This document shows, piece after piece, positions 27,101 through 35,687 of a stretch of 52,245 nt of DNA; position 1 is the stretch's first letter, and each line of letters opens with the position of its first letter. This DNA is from a virus (taxonomy: Duplodnaviria; Caudoviricetes), in the IMG/VR virus record IMGVR_UViG_3300046009_002352, positions 1 through 52,245 of that record; one strand, written 5' to 3'. A model generated the notes under the pieces. The model made no database searches. It saw nothing but the letters and a program-made list of their open reading frames with translations, and was not told the DNA's origin. A program made the translations under genes and the position numbers.

Positions 27101-27649
27101 AGGAGCATATACTGGACTAAGCTTAGCTACAGATATTTGATCTTCAATTGTATAATATGTGCTGGAACTTAAAGCATTGTTTACATTTATTTTTCTTGGT
27201 TGATTCCTATTATCAGTCCAAAATAATAAATCTTCTAAAAGACTTACACCTATAATAGGTGAATTTTTTGAAAAATTTAAAAAAGCACCTTCAACTAGTT
27301 TAACATAAGTATTCTGTAGCACATTATATACGTATATATAATTATTTGCTAATGGTGAATAATATGGGGGTGTTGTTGGCGATGTATAATCAGTTAAGAA
27401 TAAAAATACCCTATTGTTAGATGTGTCAACAAAATAACCAACACAGTCTAAATTAGGAGTTCCTGTTAAAGTATTAAAGTCTATAACAAGTTCATTTCCT
27501 AATATTGTTTGTAAGGCACCCACATCTGAATTTTCAGATTTACTTATTTGTAAATTTATTGCATTACGATATTCATTCTCAGCAATTAGCCGATCATCAA
27601 CATCTTTATTCATCTTAGCACCTGTAAAATTATTCGTAGTTTCTGCCAT
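24191..27649 (-). CDS. Tail stabilisation / nozzle-like protein with C-terminal Ig/cadherin-like domains
   Basis: MNKDVDDRL..EYRNAIN N-terminus, LFWTDNRNQPRKINV, FSYRF..DNEYS; C-terminal NVAPTIT..FYIDPVTGEL..TDAGGLS. Confidence 0.7.
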   Translation of the reverse strand: MAETTNNFTGAKMNKDVDDRLIAENEYRNAINLQISKSENSDVGALQTILGNELVIDFNTLTGTPNLDCVGYFVDTSNNRVFLFLTDYTSPTTPPYYSPLANNYIYVYNVLQNTYVKLVEGAFLNFSKNSPIIGVSLLEDLLFWTDNRNQPRKINVNNALSSSTYYTIEDQISVAKLSPVYAPELYTESTEAPGEYETTMYDVSSEFLPPYGSTAIVNGAITTTNTFIIDDPGTGFTPQIGQLVSGTGIPNNVRVVDYDPITFTVEVSENITLLDNQEIKFNANPYYNPDFIGDPTYLEDKFVRFSYRFRFDDNEYSIFAPFTQIAFIPKQDGYFLYEPPVDITSEPIVDNETAAFRSTIVSFMYNKANDIYLQIKLPCPGNMLESVCKILELDILYKESDGLAVQVVDIIPVSQIAAQAGSSDIYVYNYQSKKPFKTLPERDLIRVYDKTPVRAFGQEIVSNRIVYSNYQDKQGYPKFLNYNVVCNNKATFNIDKNYTSTIEYPNHSVKQNRNYEVGVVLSDKFGRQSGVILSNAVLPSTSGSVSYGAASLYVPYIEEESPGSNIPENGQIINQWPGYSLKVLFNEVISGNGITDWPGIYNGDANSGEYNPLGWYSYKIVVKQNEQDYYNVYLPGIMAAYPLEYNKELDKTSHFVLIGDNINKVPRDLNDVSNTQEQYRSSVKLYARVNNLYIDTVGQENFLNQQFYPGNTFSFVNTIATLNSLFPASSPTATPVLTEYYQFYQNISNPLIARLSTVTRIGRNTDGLPDPVTDGFLPLARLAVMETEPVDSRLDLYWETATSGIIEELNSAIIEDTDAPYSIGGWVFNLPESAQIGHKAVDGFYFADVLGFPMPVPIGNITLQVLNELGTDITSRFSIQIGVDDNTFDLVTNSYFYYGFDSNDVDSYTFYITVTTPNLPNQPIISAFDQTGSLSNVAPTITAAPSGPLYFPLGETFIYPFYGNNGTADPSQNQLDLAWSIESGGVGFYIDPVTGELTQPSGDIVEGIYDMVIKLTDAGGLSDTVAISVRFSALYGITWEVFEGRGGPGIVSTGSEPSGSFGAEGLITVEAGFTARVRAGAFPFTWGPNDVYTTVDIYTLTPVLLKAAYGGTGGGLSVAYHDLVGPGSWTFEVRVSYNGTGGGEGGMYLESV

Positions 27650-27655
27650 TATATT

Positions 27656-28891
27656 TTAGTGTTTAATCCATTTTGATTTACCTCTCATAACTTGTACAAT
27701 TTCATGTAGCTTGATGGTAGATAAACGTATTTTTGCATTTCTTAATTTAGCAAACTTTTCTTTATTTAATCTTTGTACTAGATATTCTGGAGAATCTCTT
27801 CTGGTAGCAACAATAGCATGTAATATATAAGCATACATAGCTTCTTCTGCCATCTTAGGTACCCTCGTGTCTAAATCATAAGCTAATCCATCAGATATAT
27901 AATCCAATGTAATAATCATCTTATGCAAATTACTTGAAAAAGAAACTTTACCTTCCCTATCATTTATTGTAAACCAACCATTACCTTGCGCATATTGAGG
28001 ATCTAATCCGTATTGTCTTCCAACAATACCAAAGTTATCCCAACCATAATCATAAATATCAAGTCCATTATTGTAGTTTACTGAGTTAGCTAAGTATGTG
28101 CCATTAAGCATATCTGTATTTGCTCTTCTCCATCTCTCTTCTATGATAGGCTCAGTGTCAATATTATTATTAAAATTATCCTGCACCTCAACCCCATAAT
28201 CGTCCTGTAACGGTGCTTCTGATGGATTAGATGTTAAGTTATTAGCTGGATAAATTGGATGCTTTACGCCTTGTCTATCGATCCAATACATACCAACATA
28301 GTTAACATAATCTTGTGGTAATACAACGCTTAATGAATGTGGTATAGTTAATTCTTGAGATTTAATACTTTTCAATGTATCATAACTAAATTCCTGCATT
28401 GCTCTTTTAGCATGAAAGATTACATCAGTTCTTTTTACATCGGGTATTAATTTACCATTACCAACATAAGCAACCATGAAACTATTTATAACATCATTTA
28501 AACTTGTATATTGGTAACCACCGTAATTTTCTTCAACAGTTGTTCCATAAGCATCTTTATCACCATAGTTTCCGCCAGTTAATACTTTTAATTGTACAAC
28601 TATATATTCGCCATCAGCGGGAGTAGAACCAATAAAATTTATTACATTATCTATTACAGAATATTCGTCTGTATATTCTACAAAAGATCCTGGATAACCT
28701 GTTGGACTTGTGTATAATTTAAAATTATTCAAAGGATAATCTACATTAAGAGGATCCCATGAATAAAAAATTAAATTAGTATTAAAGGTAGTTAAAAATT
28801 GATTTTCTGAACCATCTCCTATAAACCCTTGAACTCCTTCATAGTATTGTCTGTTTGTTTCGGTAATTAAACCGCCATTAGGCATTGGCAT
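27656..28891 (-). CDS. Virion structural protein (tail ring / adaptor-like)
   Basis: LPQDYVNYV, LDYISDGL motifs; position in the tail module. Confidence 0.6.
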   Translation of the reverse strand: MPMPNGGLITETNRQYYEGVQGFIGDGSENQFLTTFNTNLIFYSWDPLNVDYPLNNFKLYTSPTGYPGSFVEYTDEYSVIDNVINFIGSTPADGEYIVVQLKVLTGGNYGDKDAYGTTVEENYGGYQYTSLNDVINSFMVAYVGNGKLIPDVKRTDVIFHAKRAMQEFSYDTLKSIKSQELTIPHSLSVVLPQDYVNYVGMYWIDRQGVKHPIYPANNLTSNPSEAPLQDDYGVEVQDNFNNNIDTEPIIEERWRRANTDMLNGTYLANSVNYNNGLDIYDYGWDNFGIVGRQYGLDPQYAQGNGWFTINDREGKVSFSSNLHKMIITLDYISDGLAYDLDTRVPKMAEEAMYAYILHAIVATRRDSPEYLVQRLNKEKFAKLRNAKIRLSTIKLHEIVQVMRGKSKWIKH

Positions 28892-28896
28892 AGGTC

Positions 28897-29640
28897 TTAG
28901 TTTTTAGAGTTAATTTCTTCTTGTTGAGATTTTTGTGCTGCAACTTGTACAATTTCTGGATCACGTATTATAACACCAGCATATAATAATATCTTGGTTA
29001 TAACATTTGTTTGTTCAGAAGCATCTAATTCAAATTGCGTTGATGTTGGTGGGTAATATATATATGGACCATTAGTCCAAGGTATAACTCCTCCAATACC
29101 ACTATATCCCCAAACAACATTATTTGGCTTTCTAATATAAGAAACACTAATGTCGCTTGTTATATCTTTAGGCCATACATATATTTTAGGATTTGTTGTA
29201 TTTGCTCCAGCTGTTCCTACAGTGGAATTTTCATATACGTAAAGCGGGAATGTTTTTGTAGGTTTTGTAAGGGGAGATAAATTAATATATAGTAAATAGT
29301 CCTTTTGAACTCTTTCTACTTCTATTTCATCTTTATATATTACAGTACCTATTTTATGAAGATTGGTTGGAACTGCAAAATGGTCAGTACTGAATGTACA
29401 ATTACCAAATGTTTTGAATATAGAAATCATATTGTCTATATTCTTTTGTCTATCGGCATATTCCGTGTTAGATTGTTGAACCCTTAATTGTTGGTTTAAA
29501 TCATCAAAATAAGATTCAAATATTTCTAATTGAACCTGTGTTGCTACTTTGTTAAACTCATCCGGAGTCATATAGCCTCTCTGTTCTTTATTAAGAATAG
29601 AAAGTACTGTTTTGTAAACTGTATCTACGTTTATTGCCAT
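28897..29640 (-). CDS. Head-tail adaptor / tail tubular protein
   Basis: NKEQRGYMTPDEFN, YIRKP; downstream of the capsid genes. Confidence 0.65.
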   Translation of the reverse strand: MAINVDTVYKTVLSILNKEQRGYMTPDEFNKVATQVQLEIFESYFDDLNQQLRVQQSNTEYADRQKNIDNMISIFKTFGNCTFSTDHFAVPTNLHKIGTVIYKDEIEVERVQKDYLLYINLSPLTKPTKTFPLYVYENSTVGTAGANTTNPKIYVWPKDITSDISVSYIRKPNNVVWGYSGIGGVIPWTNGPYIYYPPTSTQFELDASEQTNVITKILLYAGVIIRDPEIVQVAAQKSQQEEINSKN

Positions 29641-29663
29641 TGTTTGTTTTTATTATAATATTT

Positions 29664-29697
29664 AGGCAGCTACCGCGTTATTACGCAATAGCCGCCT
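29664..29697 (-). other. 15-bp hairpin in a putative 5' leader
   Basis: AGGCGGCTATTGCGT-AATA-ACGCGGTAGCTGCCT pairs fully with G-U wobbles only on the - strand; no U tract. Confidence 0.75.
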
Positions 29698-29700
29698 TTA

Positions 29701-29713
29701 TATTAGTATTACG
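29701..29713 (-). promoter_or_regulatory. Putative late promoter CGTAATACTAATA
   Basis: Recurring intergenic motif. Confidence 0.5.
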
Positions 29714-29715
29714 TA

Positions 29716-30480
29716 TTATTGAAGTTTTTTCTCAATAGATTGGAAGATTTCAATACCTTCGTCTGTCTTGAAAAAAGCAGCCATAGCCGAATACGGATTT
29801 TCATCAAATGGAACTGTCATTAATTTTTTACCATTAGTTGCCCATTTAAAATCACGTTGATCAGGGGATAGCTTTATAATATTCGCTTCGCATGCTTTAA
29901 TAGCAAAATTACGCAGCTGTATGTTTTCATCATTAACTAAATCTAAGAATAAACCTGGGTTTCTCTTAGCAAAGATTAACAAGTCTCTTTTTATCTCCTT
30001 AGAAGTCATCTTAGATACCTTAGATCCTAATTCAACACGAAGAATCGCTTCAGCTTGATCTACATCCATAGTTGATGCAGCTGTCATTGCTTCTAATTCT
30101 TGTTCTAAATAATCTAATTCATCAACCGCAATTAATACAGCGTCAAACTCTTGATATTTTCTATTAAGTTGTGGATGAAATAGAGATAATAATTTTTGTA
30201 AATTTTGTTGTTCTTTTGGAACTGTTAGTGTTCCATTCTTAAATATAATGTGTCCAAGTGTAGCTTCTCCTTTTTGTTCATCTACAAATGGTGAATTTTG
30301 ATTTGTTGCATATCTCAATTCTCTTTGTTCTTTTGTTACTGGATCAAACCATAACAGAGGAAATCTTCTAGAGTGTCTTGAAGATATTGTATAAGTTAGT
30401 GGACTATATGGTCCCATTAATAGATATGTTCTATCTTTTACCTCCCAAGCTTCTTGGGTTGTTGTTTTTTCTTTTGACAT
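29716..30480 (-). CDS. Phage protein of unknown function downstream of the capsid gene
   Basis: 254-aa ORF. Confidence 0.75.
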   Translation of the reverse strand: MSKEKTTTQEAWEVKDRTYLLMGPYSPLTYTISSRHSRRFPLLWFDPVTKEQRELRYATNQNSPFVDEQKGEATLGHIIFKNGTLTVPKEQQNLQKLLSLFHPQLNRKYQEFDAVLIAVDELDYLEQELEAMTAASTMDVDQAEAILRVELGSKVSKMTSKEIKRDLLIFAKRNPGLFLDLVNDENIQLRNFAIKACEANIIKLSPDQRDFKWATNGKKLMTVPFDENPYSAMAAFFKTDEGIEIFQSIEKKLQ

Positions 30481-30519
30481 GATATAATATAATTAATTAT
30501 TTTTTTATTTTAAAAGTAA

Positions 30520-30559
30520 AAAAGAGTAAAAGTTACCCCCGTAATTTCAACGAGGGTAA
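30520..30559 (-). terminator. Terminator after the major capsid gene
   Basis: TTACCCTCGT-TGAAATT-ACGGGGGTAA then CTTTTACTCTTTT. Confidence 0.75.
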
Positions 30560-30581
30560 AATTTACACTAATTGGTTGTTA

Positions 30582-32036
30582 CTAGGATGCTGAAGAAGTA
30601 AATAACACAAAGTTATTAGCTCCTTGAACACATAAACATCTTTCAGATAAGAAGTTTACCTCCATTGCATCTAAATCAGATGTATATGCTCCACCAACAG
30701 ATCCTAATACCCAAGATTTCATTCTTCTATCGTCAGCTTGAGAAGCTCTATAACGAACGTGTAAGAATGGTCTACGGATATTTGTTCCTAAGATTTGATC
30801 ATAAACAGTTGAAGTTCCTGCAGGTACCAAGATACCATCGATAGCAGACTCAGCTACAGCTCCACGAGTAGAAGCATCATTTAAGTATTTCCAATCTGTT
30901 TTGTAGAAATCATAAGAACCTCTACGGAAACCAGAGAATCCTAAGTTTAATGCCATTTCTTCAGAGTTTTCAAATAACCCGTAAGCAACACCACCAGCAG
31001 CACCAGAAGATAAAGAAGCTAACATATCATCAAAATCTAAAGATGTTTGACGGTTTAAGAACAACATGTTTTCTTCAATAGCCCCTTGAGTATCTAAGTT
31101 TCTTAAGATTGAATCGAAATCAGCTAATCCAGCAGCAGCAGTAAAGTTATTTAATACGTTACCTCTTTCTTGAACAGCAGCGAATAAACCTTGTGTACCT
31201 TTTTTACCAGCAGCTAAAGCAGCAGATCCAGTAGCAGCTAATTCACCCTCTACAACAGCCATTTCTAAATAATCTTCGAAACGTAATCTTGTTTCAGATT
31301 CAGCTTTTAAGTACCACATAAATCCACCAGCACCATCTTCAGTAGCAATTTCTACCCATCCAATCTGTGCAGTATCAGAACCATTAACAACATATTTGTT
31401 ACGGATGATAATTGGAGAGTTAGAGAATTGAGTAAAGCTTGGTTCGATGCTTGTATAATTATCGTTTGTTAAAGTAGATCCTTTTTTGTATTCAGAACCA
31501 TAAACGAAGATTTTTAAATCATCCATTCCATCTGTAAATCCAGCAGCAGCTAAAGTAGCAGCAGTATAAGGAGCAACAGTTAAAGCACCTGTAGTAATGT
31601 TACTAGCAGTTACAATAGCTTTTACTTCTAATCCTGTAGCAGGATTCATAATAACGATAGTCTGATTAATAGAAATAACGTTTTGTACGAAATCAGCAGG
31701 GTTAGTTGGAGTTAAGTTAACTGGAATAAGCAATGTATTCGCAGCGGCACTTACTACATCAACTCCTGTGTAAGCAATGTGTAATCTATTTTGTTCTGAC
31801 CAAATAACCTGATCTGAAGCCATTGGCATTTCAGCCCCAACCATACGTAAGAAACCAGATAAAGTTCTGTTTCCATAACGCTCTACTTCTTGTTCGTAGA
31901 TTTCTGGTAAATATTGTTGTGCAAAAGATACGAAATCCGCATTGTTAGGATCCGTAAAGTTTAGATAGTTAGTATCTAAAGCTTGTTGTTTCTGAGACGG
32001 TTTAATCGTCCCAAAGCTAGGCGTTACATCTGCCAT
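30582..32036 (-). CDS. Major capsid protein
   Basis: 484 aa after portal and scaffold, followed by a terminator; visibly biased codon use (GCT, TTC, AAC, CGT) as in highly expressed genes. Confidence 0.85.
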   Translation of the reverse strand: MADVTPSFGTIKPSQKQQALDTNYLNFTDPNNADFVSFAQQYLPEIYEQEVERYGNRTLSGFLRMVGAEMPMASDQVIWSEQNRLHIAYTGVDVVSAAANTLLIPVNLTPTNPADFVQNVISINQTIVIMNPATGLEVKAIVTASNITTGALTVAPYTAATLAAAGFTDGMDDLKIFVYGSEYKKGSTLTNDNYTSIEPSFTQFSNSPIIIRNKYVVNGSDTAQIGWVEIATEDGAGGFMWYLKAESETRLRFEDYLEMAVVEGELAATGSAALAAGKKGTQGLFAAVQERGNVLNNFTAAAGLADFDSILRNLDTQGAIEENMLFLNRQTSLDFDDMLASLSSGAAGGVAYGLFENSEEMALNLGFSGFRRGSYDFYKTDWKYLNDASTRGAVAESAIDGILVPAGTSTVYDQILGTNIRRPFLHVRYRASQADDRRMKSWVLGSVGGAYTSDLDAMEVNFLSERCLCVQGANNFVLFTSSAS

Positions 32037-32048
32037 AATTCTTTAATT

Positions 32049-33248
32049 TTAATTGTTAAATTTGTTTTTTATTTTTAGCTTTGTAGAATCAACACCATTA
32101 ATTGCTTTAACTTTAAAACCATTTACAAATATTTCCCCGCTAGCAGTTTGCCTTGGAGTAGCATTTATATTATTTGATTTTGCAGTTATTTCTTTAATCG
32201 CGTCTGCCTTACCTTGCTCATAAAAATGATTAGCTAAGGTATCTACGTTTTCAGCAGCATACATTGCTTTGTGATAGCCTTTCAAATCTGTAACTTCCCC
32301 GTTGTCATTCAAGAACCTCTTGATTAGGTTTGTAATGTTTGATTGCTTATCTGCTACAACATCTGTATTTTGAATGCCATATCTAAAATTCTTTTCTCCT
32401 AACTTAAAATCAAAACCTTTGAAATCTTGAGAGAAAAAACTTTTTGTGTCATTCTTAAATTTAGAATGTTGAGTTTCTACAATTTCCTGCTCTTGTTGGT
32501 ATCGGTTAAAAAAGTCAAGTGCTTTTTGTTGATCTTTATTTATACTTGGTCGTAACTTTACTTCCTCATAATACTTAGATTTAAGATCTTCTAAAAACTC
32601 TTTTGCTTTTGCAACTTCTTCCTTAAATGCGAGTTTCTTTTTACGGATGTCTCGCTCATCGTCTTCGTCCTCATCATAAGCAAATCGATCGTCCATTAAG
32701 AAATCAATCTCTTCTTCATTAAGATGTGGTCTAGTCTTTTTATAATATTCTTTTAATAATACCTCATTATTAACAGTTGAATAATCAGCATTCAATCTAA
32801 TATAATCTTCTATTGATCCACCTGTCTCCTCCATAAAAGAAACTAACTTTTCAATGTTCTCTGGTAATTGCTTACCGGTTGATTCTAATTCATTAAAAGC
32901 CTCTACAGCCTCAGCTTCAAGTTCAGTAGCCGAAGTATTAATCTCTTCATCTGATACCTCTTGAATTACTGTAATAGTTGTTACTTCTTCTTTGCTTTCA
33001 ACTTGGATGGTAGGGACTTCTTGTTCGGTGTTTCCTTGCTCCATTTTTTGCAATCCCATTTCGGGCTGTTCTGACTGTAACACGCTTTCATTTGTGCTTT
33101 GCTCTTGAATGGCATCTGTATTTTCTGTTTTAATTGTTTGTAAATCAACTTTTGCAACTGCCGCAGGTTTATTTAATTTCTTTGGTGTTGTTCTTGGTTT
33201 TGGTTTTTGTAATTTAAAACTTCCTTCTTGTTTTACATTTTCTGACAT
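32049..33248 (-). CDS. Putative capsid scaffolding protein
   Basis: Highly acidic, disordered N-half and helical C-half; lies between portal and capsid genes. Confidence 0.7.
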   Translation of the reverse strand: MSENVKQEGSFKLQKPKPRTTPKKLNKPAAVAKVDLQTIKTENTDAIQEQSTNESVLQSEQPEMGLQKMEQGNTEQEVPTIQVESKEEVTTITVIQEVSDEEINTSATELEAEAVEAFNELESTGKQLPENIEKLVSFMEETGGSIEDYIRLNADYSTVNNEVLLKEYYKKTRPHLNEEEIDFLMDDRFAYDEDEDDERDIRKKKLAFKEEVAKAKEFLEDLKSKYYEEVKLRPSINKDQQKALDFFNRYQQEQEIVETQHSKFKNDTKSFFSQDFKGFDFKLGEKNFRYGIQNTDVVADKQSNITNLIKRFLNDNGEVTDLKGYHKAMYAAENVDTLANHFYEQGKADAIKEITAKSNNINATPRQTASGEIFVNGFKVKAINGVDSTKLKIKNKFNN

Positions 33249-33281
33249 GATATAATAATATAAAATTGGTTAATATTTTTT

Positions 33282-35684
33282 TTACATAAGAGCTAAATCA
33301 AACTCACCTAAACCTTGATCTTCGAAGTTCTTTGGTAAAGTATTATTTTTTCTTTGCTCTATAAGTTCTGATTGCTGAGTGGCTTGTATCTTTGTTCTTT
33401 GATCTTTACGATCTTCTGCTTGTCTTAATTTTTCGTTAGCGACTTGTATTTGTAATTGCCCTAACTCTAAATCATATTGGAATTGCTCTGCTAATAATAA
33501 TTTCTTATTAGCAAGTTCTTGTTGCATTCTTTGTATTTCAAGATTAGCTTTAGCTTGTAAAACTTGAATTTCTGTTTGTGCTAATGCTTCCCTTTTTTGT
33601 ACTTCAGCCATTGCGGCGGCTTCAGAAGCTTGTGCTTGCGCTTCTCCTTGAGCTCTAATATTATCTTGCTGAACAGCTTGATCTCTTTCTTGCTTCTTTT
33701 TCCTCTTATATTTAAGCGCTTGGTTAGCTAAATCTATATTATTAATTCTATTCAAATCAATAACATCTTCTAGATCAATTCCTCCAGATTGTAAAGCTAT
33801 TTGTACGTTTCTTTCGAATGCAGCTTTCTCTTCTTCTTCTGGCTCTAACTCAAGGAATATACCAAAGTCATGTAGATTAAGATTTTCAATCTCCTTTAAT
33901 GTTTCTACATTGAACAAAGAAATACTTTCTATCAATGCTTGCTTAGTTAATGGGAAATTTAATGAATCATTAATTCTAAGTGATACATTCTCGCATACTC
34001 TTAATGTTAAGTATAAACTTGCGTCTTTTATGTGTCTAGTAGCAGTATTAGAATTTGCCGCAGCCATTTTTTGTAAACCAACTAAAGCATCTCTATCTGG
34101 AGTACTTCCGTCTTTTGCCTCATTTAATCCGGTTACATCCCTTATCATTTGTAAATAATATTGGTATGTTCCTATTAAAGCTTGGATCTTAGCATTGCCA
34201 TTAGATGTTTGTAATTCTTGAATAGGCACTTTGCCTGGATTCATTCCACCATCCTGCGACATAGATCTACCAACAATAGATCCAGTTTGGAAATACATAT
34301 TAAGTGCTTCCGCTGGATTATAGTTTGTTCCATTACCAAGATCTACTTCCGCTAATCCATCAACATCAACAAATACCCCATCAGGAACCATTCTTGATAA
34401 TACCTGTTGCAGTTTTAAATGCGTTAATTGGATCATATCAGCAAATGTAGTAGTTCTACTTACTAATGATTCAATTCTTCCTTTATATATTCTTGGTGCA
34501 CAAATGGTATAATTCATTTGTACTTTTGTAGTATCAGCGTATGGGCGAGTCATATTCTCAGCTAACTTCCATTCTAGCATTTTTTCAAAACCTAAAATCT
34601 TAGCTCCTGAATATAATACTTCTATACTTCTAGATACTCTTTTAAAATTATCATTTTCAGGCGGATCAAAACTATCGTCTTTTTCAATAGCTTTTTCCAT
34701 TCCCTGTTCTGTTTGTTTTATTTTAAATACTTGGTTTGAATATGTTTTATATTCAAAGTACAATACTTGTACAGTAGTATTATCATTACTTTGTCCTGGG
34801 TAATTACGTATGTAATTCATATCTCCAGGATACTTTTCAATTTCTTTTAAATCTTCATCAGATAAATAAGGAAACTGTTTTTTTAATTCCTCTAAACTAA
34901 TAGCTTTAACTTCTCCAACATAATATACATCTTCAAAGTTTGGATCTTCTGTATAAGAATATACCAAGTTAGCTGGGTCGACATAATCAATAACAATACC
35001 ATTAGCAGCATTCCATGATGTTTTTGCACATGCAATACCTATAACAGCTAAATCATAATTTAATCTTTTTGCTATTAAATCATATTTATTAGTAGCTAAT
35101 ATCTGGTTAATTACTTCTTCTTCAGCTATTTCTATTGAAGGTTTGTAATCTAATTGCAATCTCATTTCTAATTCTTCTTTACTTTCTGGAAGGTTAGAAG
35201 GATCTGCACTATTATATAAGTTAGCACCTAATTTGCTTTGGATCTCATCTAAAAGATCTTTTGCCATCATATCTCTAATTATACCTGCTGCATAATCAGT
35301 TTTAGCTTTAGTAGATGCTGGATCTTGAGCATAAGCTTTTATACTATAACTTTTGTTAGATATACCATTAACAACTATATCTACAAATTTTGGCAATATA
35401 GGAATAGGTTTCCAATCTAAGTTAAGGTAAGATAAATCACCATTAATTGCTAATTCATCTTTATATTTTTGTATAGGTTGTTCACCTCTAGCATAAAGTC
35501 TAAGTCTATGGAAGTTTTGCCAATTAGAACCAAATCTATCATTGCCAGCTCCTCCAACTCTATCTCCTCTAAACCATTCGTTTTCAATAGCTCTACCAAC
35601 TAAAGCTCCGTATTCGAGTGATTCCTTTACACTATCAGGTACTACCTGGCTTGGAAAAGAACTGTTACTATTAGTATAAATCAT
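33282..35684 (-). CDS. Portal protein
   Basis: 800 aa directly after the terminase, RDVTGLNEAKDG motif, Q/A-rich C-terminal coiled coil as in podovirus portals. Confidence 0.85.
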   Translation of the reverse strand: MIYTNSNSSFPSQVVPDSVKESLEYGALVGRAIENEWFRGDRVGGAGNDRFGSNWQNFHRLRLYARGEQPIQKYKDELAINGDLSYLNLDWKPIPILPKFVDIVVNGISNKSYSIKAYAQDPASTKAKTDYAAGIIRDMMAKDLLDEIQSKLGANLYNSADPSNLPESKEELEMRLQLDYKPSIEIAEEEVINQILATNKYDLIAKRLNYDLAVIGIACAKTSWNAANGIVIDYVDPANLVYSYTEDPNFEDVYYVGEVKAISLEELKKQFPYLSDEDLKEIEKYPGDMNYIRNYPGQSNDNTTVQVLYFEYKTYSNQVFKIKQTEQGMEKAIEKDDSFDPPENDNFKRVSRSIEVLYSGAKILGFEKMLEWKLAENMTRPYADTTKVQMNYTICAPRIYKGRIESLVSRTTTFADMIQLTHLKLQQVLSRMVPDGVFVDVDGLAEVDLGNGTNYNPAEALNMYFQTGSIVGRSMSQDGGMNPGKVPIQELQTSNGNAKIQALIGTYQYYLQMIRDVTGLNEAKDGSTPDRDALVGLQKMAAANSNTATRHIKDASLYLTLRVCENVSLRINDSLNFPLTKQALIESISLFNVETLKEIENLNLHDFGIFLELEPEEEEKAAFERNVQIALQSGGIDLEDVIDLNRINNIDLANQALKYKRKKKQERDQAVQQDNIRAQGEAQAQASEAAAMAEVQKREALAQTEIQVLQAKANLEIQRMQQELANKKLLLAEQFQYDLELGQLQIQVANEKLRQAEDRKDQRTKIQATQQSELIEQRKNNTLPKNFEDQGLGEFDLALM

Positions 35685-35687
35685 TTA

